From Thermoanaerobaculia bacterium (GTDB lineage Bacteria > Acidobacteriota > Thermoanaerobaculia > Gp7-AA8): a stretch of 64,000 bases of DNA. This document shows, piece after piece, positions 43,627-50,993 of this stretch. The notes under the pieces were generated by a model, which saw nothing but the letters and a program-made list of their open reading frames with translations, was not told the DNA's origin and made no database searches. Numbering within the stretch: position 1 is the first letter of the stretch; the number at the start of each line of letters is the position of its first letter. Location of the stretch: the NCBI GenBank assembly GCA_036375135.1, contig DASUSL010000242.1:6388-70387 (forward strand), given 5' to 3'. The position numbers and the translations under genes were made by a program.

Positions 43627-44972
43627 ACATGTCGAAGCGAATTATCGTCATCCTTTTGACACTCACATTGACGGCCAGTATTTTTGCACAGGAAGCCTCC
43701 GACCTCGAGCGCCGCCTGCGCGCGCTCGAAGACGCCATCGCCAGAATGCAGCCGTCGGCCGAAGTGACCGAGCTGCGCCGCCAGATCGAAGTGCTCTCGC
43801 AGGAAGTGGAGGCGCTCAAGACGCGCCAGGCCGAGCCGACCGTCGAAACCGCCGCGAACACGGAACAGTACGGACTCGGCGCCGCCGCCTCGAAGGTCTA
43901 CCGCGTCGATCACGGCATCTCCTTCGGCGGCTACGGCGAGATGCTCTACGAGAACTTCTCCGGCTCGAACGACGCCGGCACGCGCACGACCACCAAGGAC
44001 CGCTTCGACATGCTGCGCGGCGTCCTCTACACCGGCTACAAGTACAACGACCGCGTGCTTTTCAACTCCGAGCTCGAGTTCGAGCACGGCAACACGGCCC
44101 TCGGCGGCGAGGCTTCGGTGGAGTTCGCGTACCTCGACTTCATGGCCACGAAGAACGTCGGCATCCGCACCGGCCTGCTGCTCATCCCGATGGGTCTCGT
44201 GAACGAGATGCACGAGCCGACGACGTATCTCACCGCGCGCCGCTCGACCGTCGAGAACGCGATCATCCCCACCACGTGGCGCGAGATGGGCGCGGGCGTG
44301 TTCGGCGAGCACGGCCCGCTCTCCTGGCGCGCGTACGCGGTGAACAGCATCCGCGGCGACCGCTTCACCGCCGGCGGCGTGCGCGGCGGACGGCAGAAGG
44401 GGGCGAACTCGCAGATCGAGGACATCGCCCTGACCGGCCGTCTCGACTACGAGCCGTTCGAGGGGACGTTCGTCGGCGCGTCGTTCTTCTCCGGCAATAC
44501 GGGCCAGGGGAACGTCGTCGCCGGCGAGACGGTGGAAGGCAACCTCACGATTTTCGACCTGCACGGCGAGGCGAAGTTCCGCGGCGCGACGATCCGCGCG
44601 CTGTACGCGCAGGCGACGCTCGACGACGTCGAGCAGCTCAACGTGCTGGCCGGCGGTCTGACCGGCAACCGTTCCATCGGCGAGGAGCTGGGCGGCTGGT
44701 ACGTGGAGGCGGGCTACGACGTGTCGTCGCTGCTGCCGCGCTTCGGCGAGAGCTCGCTCACGCCGTACTTCCGCTACGAGCAGCTCGACACGCAGCGCAG
44801 CGTACCGACCGGCTTCGCGCGCAACCCGGCGTCGGAGCAGAACATCTTCACCATCGGCCTGCAGTTCCGCCCCGTCCCGCAGACGGTGATCAAGGCCGAC
44901 TGGCAGAACGCCGACAACGAGGCAGGCACGGGACTGAACCAGTGGAACATCGGCATCGGCTACATCTTCTAG
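43623..44972 (+). CDS. outer-membrane beta-barrel porin-like protein with N-terminal coiled coil
   Basis: It has a signal peptide, alternating beta-strand patterns and the terminal ...IGIGYIF. Confidence 0.6.
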   Translation: MNMSKRIIVILLTLTLTASIFAQEASDLERRLRALEDAIARMQPSAEVTELRRQIEVLSQEVEALKTRQAEPTVETAANTEQYGLGAAASKVYRVDHGISFGGYGEMLYENFSGSNDAGTRTTTKDRFDMLRGVLYTGYKYNDRVLFNSELEFEHGNTALGGEASVEFAYLDFMATKNVGIRTGLLLIPMGLVNEMHEPTTYLTARRSTVENAIIPTTWREMGAGVFGEHGPLSWRAYAVNSIRGDRFTAGGVRGGRQKGANSQIEDIALTGRLDYEPFEGTFVGASFFSGNTGQGNVVAGETVEGNLTIFDLHGEAKFRGATIRALYAQATLDDVEQLNVLAGGLTGNRSIGEELGGWYVEAGYDVSSLLPRFGESSLTPYFRYEQLDTQRSVPTGFARNPASEQNIFTIGLQFRPVPQTVIKADWQNADNEAGTGLNQWNIGIGYIF

Positions 44973-45078
44973 GAGTGCGGTGGCGCAAGCCATCGCTTTG
45001 GAAGGGCGCGGCAACGCCGCGCCCAGCCGCGGCTTTGCCGCGGCTGACCAAAGCGGCAGCGATCGCTGTCGCACTCCT
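44971..45078. repeat. family-C element copy (diverged arms plus two inner hairpins)
   Basis: AGGAGTGCGGTGGCG...GCTTTGG / GGGCGCGGCAACGCCGCGCCC / GCCGCGGCTTTGCCGCGGC / CCAAAGCGG...CGCACTCCT. Confidence 0.75.
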
Positions 45079-45550
45079 ATGCGCCCTCTCCGCCCACGCC
45101 CGCGTCTTCATGACCCAGCAGCAGGCCCTGGCGAGCGCCTTCCCGAAAGGCGCCACGCGCCAGGTCCACTTCCTCACGCCCGAGCAACTGAAAGCCGCGC
45201 GGAAGGAAAGCGGCGTGGAGTTCAACGACCGCATGATCGTGCGCTACGCGGCGCCCAACGGCTATGCGTACTTTGATACGCACCGCGTGCGCACGCTGCC
45301 GGAGACGGTGATGATCGTCGTCACGCCGGAGGGGAAGATCGACCGCATCGAGATCCTCTCGTTCGACGAGCCGCCGGAGTACCTGCCGAAAGAGCGCTGG
45401 ATCGAGCAGTTCGACGATCGCAAGCTCGACGAAGACCTCTCGCTCAAGCGCAAGATCCGCCCCCTCTCCGGCGCGAGCCTCTCCGCGCGCGCCATCACCA
45501 ACGCCTCGCGCAAAGTACTCGCGCTGCACAAGGTGCTCGGAGCGAAGTGA
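45035..45550 (+). CDS. FMN-binding (FMN_bind) domain protein, predicted ApbE substrate
   Basis: It lies in the frame of ORF 44276..45550. TTG 45035 gives the signal peptide MPRLTKAAAIAVALLCALSAHA (GTG 44975 is an alternative start). It has the flavinylation-type motif LSGASLS. Confidence 0.62.
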   Translation: MPRLTKAAAIAVALLCALSAHARVFMTQQQALASAFPKGATRQVHFLTPEQLKAARKESGVEFNDRMIVRYAAPNGYAYFDTHRVRTLPETVMIVVTPEGKIDRIEILSFDEPPEYLPKERWIEQFDDRKLDEDLSLKRKIRPLSGASLSARAITNASRKVLALHKVLGAK

Positions 45551-45978
45551 GCAGGCTGCAGCTCATCTGGCTGCATCTCACGGTCGCACTGACGGCGATC
45601 ACGGGAGTCGTGTTCGCCGTCATGAAGTACCTGCTGCAGAGCGACGACGAGTTCTCGGTCGTCAATCATCCGCTGCAGCCGCACATGCTGGCCATCCACG
45701 TGGTGGTCGCGCCGGCGGTGCTCTTCATCCTCGGCTGGGCGTTCTCGAATCACATGCTGCCGAAGTGGCGCTTCGGCGACGGCCGCAACAAACGCACGGG
45801 CCTCGCCGCGATGTGGCTGATCGCGCCGATGGCGTTATCGGGCTACCTGCTGCAGGTGTCGGTGAACGAGACGCTGCGCGAGGCGATGGCGTGGGCGCAC
45901 GGGATCACCTCGGCGATCTTCGTCATCGCCTACGTCATGCACCTGGTAATCGGGAGATCAATCGCTTCAGGCGAGTGA
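45547..45978 (+). CDS. 4-TM membrane protein with intramembrane His residues (possible b-type cytochrome)
   Basis: 143 aa with a GTGA overlap with the upstream gene. His residues occur in predicted TM1, TM2 and TM4 (WLHLTV, AIHVVV, WAHGI...YVMHLV). Confidence 0.55.
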   Translation: MSRLQLIWLHLTVALTAITGVVFAVMKYLLQSDDEFSVVNHPLQPHMLAIHVVVAPAVLFILGWAFSNHMLPKWRFGDGRNKRTGLAAMWLIAPMALSGYLLQVSVNETLREAMAWAHGITSAIFVIAYVMHLVIGRSIASGE

Positions 45979-47338
45979 GCGTGCGGTCCTTTCCGAGGAC
46001 CACCATTACGTCGAAGATCCCAGGTGACGCGCCGCGCCCGGTGAGCGCGAGCCGCAGCGGGTGAATGAGCTTCGCCGCGCTGACCCCCTTCGACTCCGCG
46101 AGCGCGCGCAGCGCCGCCTCCGTGGTCGCGACGTCGAACGGCTCCGTCTTCTCCAGCACGTCGTGCAGCTCGCTCATGCGCGACGCGAGATCGTCGCCCT
46201 TGAGATGCTTCTTCGCCGCTTCCTCTTCGTACTCCAGCGCGCCGTCGTCGATGAGATACGGCTCGAGCTGCGCGGCGATCTCCTTCAGCGTCCGTCCGCG
46301 TGCTTTGTTCAACTCGATGGCCGCGCGCAGCTCGGCGAGGTTCGTGTCGCCGGGGAGGAACGGCGCGAGGTGCGGATAGATCTCGTCCGCCGACATGCGC
46401 ATCAGGTACTGGCCGTTCATCCAGAGCAGCTTCTCCGGGTCGAACACCGCCGGCGCCTTGTTGACGTCGGAGAGATCGAAGACCTGCGCCGCCTCGTCCG
46501 CGGTGATCAGCTCGCGGTCGCCGCCGGGATTCCAGCCGAGGAGCGTGAGGAAGTTGAAGAGCGCCTGCGGGACGATGCCGAGGTCGCGATACTCCTCGGC
46601 CGACGTGGCGCCGGTGCGCTTGGAGAGGCGCTTGCGGTCGCTGCCGAGGATGAGCGGCAGGTGCGCGAAGACCGGCTCCTTCGCGCCGAACGCGCGGAAG
46701 AGGACGATGTGCTTCGGCGTGTTGGAGAGGTGGTCGTCGCCGCGCGCGACGTGCGTGATCTCCATGTCCACGTCGTCGACGACGACGCTGAGGTGATAGG
46801 TCGGGTTGCCGTCGGAGCGGATGAGGACGAAGTCGTCGATCAGCTCTCCCTCGAACTGCACGTCGCCGCGAATGAGATCGTGGAACTCGATCGGGCCGGG
46901 GTTCACCTTGCAGCGGATCACGTGCGGTGCGTCGTCGTGCTGGGGATCGCCCGACTCCGCGCGGCGGCGGCAGCGGCCCGAGTAACGGTACGCATCGCCC
47001 TTCGCCTCCACGGCGCTGCGCTCCGCCTCCAGCTCCTCCACGGTGCAGTAGCAGCGGTAGGCCTTGCCGTTCGCCACCAGCTCCTCGGCGCGCTCGCGAT
47101 AGCGGTCGAGCCGATCGCTCTGGTAGATCGGACCCTCGTCCCACGCGACGCCGAGCCACTGCAGCGACTGCAGGATCTGTTCGGCGTGATGCTGGCGCGA
47201 GCGCTCGACGTCGGTGTCCTCGATGCGCAGGAGCATCGTGCCGCCGTGACGCCGCGCGTGGAGCAGGTTGAAGATGGCCGTCCGCGCGCCGCCGACGTGG
47301 AGAAAGCCCGTGGGGGAAGGGGCGAATCGGAGCTTCAT
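45935..47338 (-). CDS. gltX: glutamate--tRNA ligase
   Basis: It has the HIGH-type motif PSPTGFLHVGGART and the KMSKS-type motif RLSKR. Confidence 0.95.
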   Translation of the reverse strand: MKLRFAPSPTGFLHVGGARTAIFNLLHARRHGGTMLLRIEDTDVERSRQHHAEQILQSLQWLGVAWDEGPIYQSDRLDRYRERAEELVANGKAYRCYCTVEELEAERSAVEAKGDAYRYSGRCRRRAESGDPQHDDAPHVIRCKVNPGPIEFHDLIRGDVQFEGELIDDFVLIRSDGNPTYHLSVVVDDVDMEITHVARGDDHLSNTPKHIVLFRAFGAKEPVFAHLPLILGSDRKRLSKRTGATSAEEYRDLGIVPQALFNFLTLLGWNPGGDRELITADEAAQVFDLSDVNKAPAVFDPEKLLWMNGQYLMRMSADEIYPHLAPFLPGDTNLAELRAAIELNKARGRTLKEIAAQLEPYLIDDGALEYEEEAAKKHLKGDDLASRMSELHDVLEKTEPFDVATTEAALRALAESKGVSAAKLIHPLRLALTGRGASPGIFDVMVVLGKDRTLTRLKRLISRLPGA

Positions 47339-47366
47339 CGGGCGCGGAGTCTATACAATCGCTCGC

Positions 47367-47756
47367 ATGCGCGACCAGCGCGGCTTTTCGCTCATCGAGA
47401 TCCTCGTCGCCATCCTGATCCTGACTCTGGTGATCACGTTCTCGCTGGCGGCGTTCGTCGAGCGCACCAGCCGCCTGCAGCAGGCGAGCGAGATCGTGCT
47501 GGCCTATCAGGCGCTGGCCAACGAGGCGGAGTACCGGCGGCGGATCTCGTTCTCCGCGCTGGAAGGGGCGTCGCCGGAGTTCCTCAGCGACACCGCGATT
47601 CTCGAGCCGCTGCAACCGTTCTCGACGATCGTCGCCGTGACGCAGGGCAAGCCCGGCGTGAAGAACGTGCTGATGACCATCCGCTGGCGCAACGGCGAGC
47701 GGCAGGCAAAGCTGGAGCTCGTGCGCGGCGACACCGGAGGGACCAATCTGTGGTGA
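47367..47756 (+). CDS. prepilin-type N-terminal cleavage/methylation domain protein (pseudopilin)
   Basis: Internal ATG of ORF 47268..47756, reading MRDQRGFSLIEILVAILIL. Confidence 0.75.
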   Translation: MRDQRGFSLIEILVAILILTLVITFSLAAFVERTSRLQQASEIVLAYQALANEAEYRRRISFSALEGASPEFLSDTAILEPLQPFSTIVAVTQGKPGVKNVLMTIRWRNGERQAKLELVRGDTGGTNLW

Positions 47757-48331
47757 GCAGTGGAGGACAGGCAATCCTGCCTGTCCAACGGCGGCGCCGA
47801 CAGGCAGGATTGCCTGCCTTCCACCAGCGTGGCTACACGCTGCTGGAGATCGTCGTGGCCATGGCCGTTTTCGGCGTGTTCCTGATGATCCTCGCGCAGC
47901 TCACCACGGAGATGCGCTCCCACGAGAAGCGGCTGCCGGTGAACATGCACAAGCATCCGATGGTGATCTCAGTGCTGACGCGGCTGCGGCGCGACGTGCT
48001 CGATGGGTACGGCGTCAGGCCGTACAAGAACGAGCACGATGGATACGTGTCGTCGCCGAAGGTGCTGATCATCGAGACCGTCAACAACAGCGGCGGCTCG
48101 GAGACCGTCGTGTGGGACTTTCGCACGCCGGGCGAAGTGCGGAGACGCGCGTATAACGTCGGCAACGCGAACGAGTGGGTGGCGCGCGGACTGCCGCTCG
48201 ACTTCTCGCAGCTCGAGATCGACGCGGTGAAGACCGGCTCGGGTGCCGCGTGGGCCACGCGCATCATCGCCAAAGACAAGAAGGGACAGCTTGCGATCGA
48301 CACGATCCTCCAACCGCGCGCGACGGAGTAG
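47753..48331 (+). CDS. pseudopilin with an unusually long leader
   Basis: A GTG overlaps the upstream stop. The leader ...HQRG is followed by YTLLEIVVAMAVFGV. It lies in the frame of ORF 46061..48331. Confidence 0.65.
   Translation: MSSGGQAILPVQRRRRQAGLPAFHQRGYTLLEIVVAMAVFGVFLMILAQLTTEMRSHEKRLPVNMHKHPMVISVLTRLRRDVLDGYGVRPYKNEHDGYVSSPKVLIIETVNNSGGSETVVWDFRTPGEVRRRAYNVGNANEWVARGLPLDFSQLEIDAVKTGSGAAWATRIIAKDKKGQLAIDTILQPRATE
47760..47826. repeat. family-B MITE-like element inside the pseudopilin leader
   Basis: GTGGAGGACAGGCAATCCTGCCTGTCC...GACAGGCAGGATTGCCTGCCTTCCAC. Confidence 0.8.
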
Positions 48332-48713
48332 CGAGCGCGGGTACGCGCTCATCTCCGCGCTGGTCCTGGCGATCCTCTACTTCGCCATGGTCGAGCTGCT
48401 GCTCATCGACTCGGCGCGCGAGCTGGAGGCGGCGCGGCGCTTTCGCGCGCGCATCACCGCGGAGACGCTGGCCGAGAACGGCGTCGAGCTCGCCGCCGTG
48501 CGCCTCGTGCAGAACGAGCGCGCCGAGGGAACGGTCGAGGACTGGCAGGGCACGGTCACCGCGAGGATGGCCAAGAAACCATCGGGTGAGTTCGATATCG
48601 TCTCCGAGGCGCAGACCACGGGCGTCACGGAATCGCGGGCGAAAGTGCTCGTGCGGGGAAGGGTGGTCGGGACGAGCGAGGTGAAGATTCAATACACGGT
48701 GCACACGTACTAG
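48243..48713 (+). CDS. pseudopilin-like protein (no Glu5), start uncertain
   Basis: RG/YALISALVLAILYFAMVELLL resembles a GspK/minor-pilin-type N-terminus. The only ATG gives an 89-nt overlap with the upstream gene. Confidence 0.45.
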   Translation: MPRGPRASSPKTRRDSLRSTRSSNRARRSSERGYALISALVLAILYFAMVELLLIDSARELEAARRFRARITAETLAENGVELAAVRLVQNERAEGTVEDWQGTVTARMAKKPSGEFDIVSEAQTTGVTESRAKVLVRGRVVGTSEVKIQYTVHTY

Positions 48714-48743
48714 CCGTGTGCACCGTGCGCTTGTTGGGTTGTG

Positions 48744-49043
48744 TTATCGCATGCTGCGTTTGCGCATCAGCCCCGCGCCGATGGCCAGGGCCGCGAGGCC
48801 GCCGAGCACCATGCCGGGGTTCTTCTGCGCCATACCGCGAACATTGTTCAGACCGCCGCGCAGGTTCGTGCCGTTCAGGCTCGAGCCGAGCGCACCGATC
48901 TTGCTCTGATCGATACCGAGTTTGCTCAGGATGCCACCCAGGCCGCCCGAGTTGCCGAGACTGCCGGTGTTTCCGGTCTGCGGCACCGCATCCTGCGGCT
49001 GATACGGGTGGAACTGGCTGTTAGGATTCGTCATGTCGACCAT
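48744..49043 (-). CDS. small Gly/Asn-rich protein with C-terminal TM anchor
   Basis: GGAGG lies 6 nt upstream of the ATG. The C-terminus is PGMVLGGLAALAIGAGLMRKRSMR. Confidence 0.55.
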   Translation of the reverse strand: MVDMTNPNSQFHPYQPQDAVPQTGNTGSLGNSGGLGGILSKLGIDQSKIGALGSSLNGTNLRGGLNNVRGMAQKNPGMVLGGLAALAIGAGLMRKRSMR

Positions 49044-49128
49044 GTAAGTCCTCCATACGTTATTTGTATATTGCTAACGAAGTGCCAAGTATTTGTGTAA
49101 TCAGGCACTTACACATGAGGTGAATCGA

Positions 49129-49323
49129 ATGGCAGGAAACCCCAGGGAGCATGTGAAGAACAAGGGATTCTGGGACGGCGGCTCCCCCGGTCACTCCAGC
49201 GACGGCCAGCACGCGGGGCGCAGCAGCGGTTTTCCGGGGACGCGCAAGCCGGGGCGCCTCGGCATCCGCACGGACATCGAGTTTCCGCCGGACGATCCGG
49301 CGAAGACGAAGACGAAGACGTAG
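49129..49323 (+). CDS. possible small basic low-complexity protein
   Basis: GAGG lies 8 nt upstream of the ATG and the gene is divergent from 48744..49043. The composition is weakly coding-like. Confidence 0.3.
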   Translation: MAGNPREHVKNKGFWDGGSPGHSSDGQHAGRSSGFPGTRKPGRLGIRTDIEFPPDDPAKTKTKT

Positions 49324-49355
49324 GGCCCAGTTGGGATTGGTTGGTCTGCGAGTTT

Positions 49356-49450
49356 ATCCCCGCGAAGACGCGGGATCTCCGGTGCACGCAACGACGTCTG
49401 TGGCTTGGGCAGCGCGCGTGCACCCGAGATCCCGCGTCTACGCGCGGGAT
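49356..49450. repeat. large composite hairpin (arms of about 33 nt)
   Basis: ATCCCCGCGAAGACGCGGGATCTCCGGTGCACGC pairs with GCGTGCACCCGAGATCCCGCGTCTACGCGCGGGAT. It lies downstream of the fabI stop (49470). Confidence 0.7.
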
Positions 49451-49469
49451 CAACTGAGGAGAGCCCGAA

Positions 49470-50246
49470 CTACAGCCCGACGATGTTGTAGCCGCAGTCG
49501 ACGTACATGATCTCGCCGGTGATGGCCGACGACATCTGCGACAGGAGGAACAGCCCCGCCTGGCCGATCTCCTCGAGCTCCACGTTGCGGCGGAGCGGTG
49601 CGCGTTCGGCGTGGTGCTTGAGCATCGTGGTGAAGCCCTTGATGCCGCGCGCGGCGAGGGTGTTCACGGGGCCGGCGGAGATGGCGTTCACGCGCACGTT
49701 GCGCGGTCCGAGGTTCGCGGCGAGGTAGCGGACGCTCGCCTCGAGTGACGCCTTGGCCACGCCCATCAGGTTGTAGCCTTCCACCGCTTTCTGCGCGCCG
49801 TGGTACGAGAGCGCCACCACCGAGCCGCCGCCTGACTTTTCGAACAGCGGCAGCGCCGCTTTCGTCAGCGCCACGAGCGAGTAGGCGGAGATGTCGTGTG
49901 CGAGCTTGAAGCCTTCGCGCGAGGTGTTGACGAAGTCGTTCTCGAGGTCTTCCTTCGGCGCGTAGGCGACGGAGTGCAGCAGCGCGTCGAGGCGGCCGTA
50001 CTCCTGTTCGACGCGCGCGAAGACGCTCGCGATCTCGGCATCGTTCGTCACGTCGCACGGCAGGACCAGCGCGCCCGGCATGCCCGTGGAAGTCAGCGCT
50101 TCGACGCTTTCCTTCAGGCGCTCGCCCTGGTAGGTGAAGGCGAGGCGCATCCCCTCGCGCGCGAGCGACTGTGCGATGGCCCACGCGATCGAGCGCTTGT
50201 TGGCGACACCGAAAACGATCCCGGTCTTCCCATCCAGCATCGGCAT
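49470..50246 (-). CDS. fabI: enoyl-[acyl-carrier-protein] reductase (NADH)
   Basis: It has GKTGIVFGVANKRSIAW, and Y...K in SYHGAQKAV/MGVAKASLE. Confidence 0.93.
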   Translation of the reverse strand: MPMLDGKTGIVFGVANKRSIAWAIAQSLAREGMRLAFTYQGERLKESVEALTSTGMPGALVLPCDVTNDAEIASVFARVEQEYGRLDALLHSVAYAPKEDLENDFVNTSREGFKLAHDISAYSLVALTKAALPLFEKSGGGSVVALSYHGAQKAVEGYNLMGVAKASLEASVRYLAANLGPRNVRVNAISAGPVNTLAARGIKGFTTMLKHHAERAPLRRNVELEEIGQAGLFLLSQMSSAITGEIMYVDCGYNIVGL

Positions 50247-50262
50247 GCGCCGGATGATATCA

Positions 50263-50305
50263 ATGTGGGGCGGGCTTCAGCCCGCCGCTCGGCTTCAGCC
50301 CGCCG
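50263..50305. repeat. family-A element (ATGTGGGGCGGGCTTCAGCCCGCC subtype, two hairpins)
   Basis: ATGTGGGGCGGGCTTCAGCCCGCCGCTCGGCTTCAGCCCGCCG. It overlaps the 3' end of the DUF962-like gene. Confidence 0.8.
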
Positions 50306-50615
50306 TATGCCGGGCCACTTCTTCGTTCATGCGCCCCGTGAGGATCTTCCACAGCATCACGTAGTCGGCGGCCAGTGAGTAGAAGGGGTGGCCGAACGTG
50401 GCGGGCTTGTTGTGCTCGACGAAGAAGTGCGCGTACCAGGCGAAGGAGTAGCCGATGATCGGCGCCGCGACGAAGATCCAGCGGCTGACGGCGATCCCCA
50501 GGACGATGCAGACCAGCGCCAGAATCGAGCCGATGGCGTGCAGCACGCGGGTGCGCGGACGGGAGTGCGCGCGGACGTAATAGGGCCAGAAGTCGGCGAA
50601 GTTCCTGATCTCCAT
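50295..50615 (-). CDS. DUF962/Mpo1-like membrane protein
   Basis: Internal ATG of ORF 50295..51335, reading FWPYYVRAHSRPRTRVLH...AWYAHFFVEHNKPATFGHP. Confidence 0.75.
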   Translation of the reverse strand: MEIRNFADFWPYYVRAHSRPRTRVLHAIGSILALVCIVLGIAVSRWIFVAAPIIGYSFAWYAHFFVEHNKPATFGHPFYSLAADYVMLWKILTGRMNEEVARHTAG

Positions 50616-50652
50616 GGCGGTGCGGGCCTGATTTTCGCACGGCATCCCGGCC

Positions 50653-50895
50653 ATGGCGCAGGATTTCGAAACGCTTCTCAAGGATGTATTCGGCGAGCCG
50701 CTGAGCCGCCTCACGCAGTTCCAGTCCGACCAGCTCGGCAAGCTCACCGCGCGGCTGCAGGAGATCGCCCGCGAAGCGGTGAAGGAAGACTTCACGAAGA
50801 TGCAGCAGGAGATCACCGATCTCCGCTCGCGCCTCGCGCGCATCGAGCAGGAGCGCGCGCAGGCCGCCGCCGACTCCATCGAAACGTCGTTCTGA
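50653..50895 (+). CDS. small coiled-coil protein
   Basis: 80 aa with a heptad-like charged sequence. I see no recognisable domain. Confidence 0.45.
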   Translation: MAQDFETLLKDVFGEPLSRLTQFQSDQLGKLTARLQEIAREAVKEDFTKMQQEITDLRSRLARIEQERAQAAADSIETSF

Positions 50896-50993
50896 TGTGG
50901 GGGGGGGGCTTCAGCCCGCCGGCTCTCGCGACACGCGGGCTGAAGCCCGCGCCACAGCTGAAGCCCGCGCCACAGCTGAAGCCCGCGCCACAT
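50895..50993. repeat. composite family-A element with a G10 run and 3 x 18-bp tandem repeat
   Basis: It runs ATGTGGGGGGGGGGCTTCAGCCCGCC ... then GCTGAAGCCCGCGCCACA three times (50939-50992). Its ends touch the stops of both convergent genes. Confidence 0.85.

Noticed and set aside
45930-47774. 614-aa minus-strand ORF overlapping gltX in another frame, and the 5' part of plus-strand ORF 46061..48331
   Set aside because: gltX (45935..47338) has HIGH/KMSKS motifs, while the alternative frames are Arg/Pro-rich. Only the last ~190 codons of 46061..48331 (the pseudopilin) look genuine.
50899-50908. G10 homopolymer as a phase-variation switch
   Set aside because: It lies between the 3' ends of two convergent genes, not in a promoter or coding region. 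Length variation would not toggle expression in an obvious way.
50939-50992. Possible CRISPR-like array (three 18-bp direct repeats)
   Set aside because: The units are contiguous with no spacers, and they are part of a palindromic REP-type element. No cas genes are in the window.
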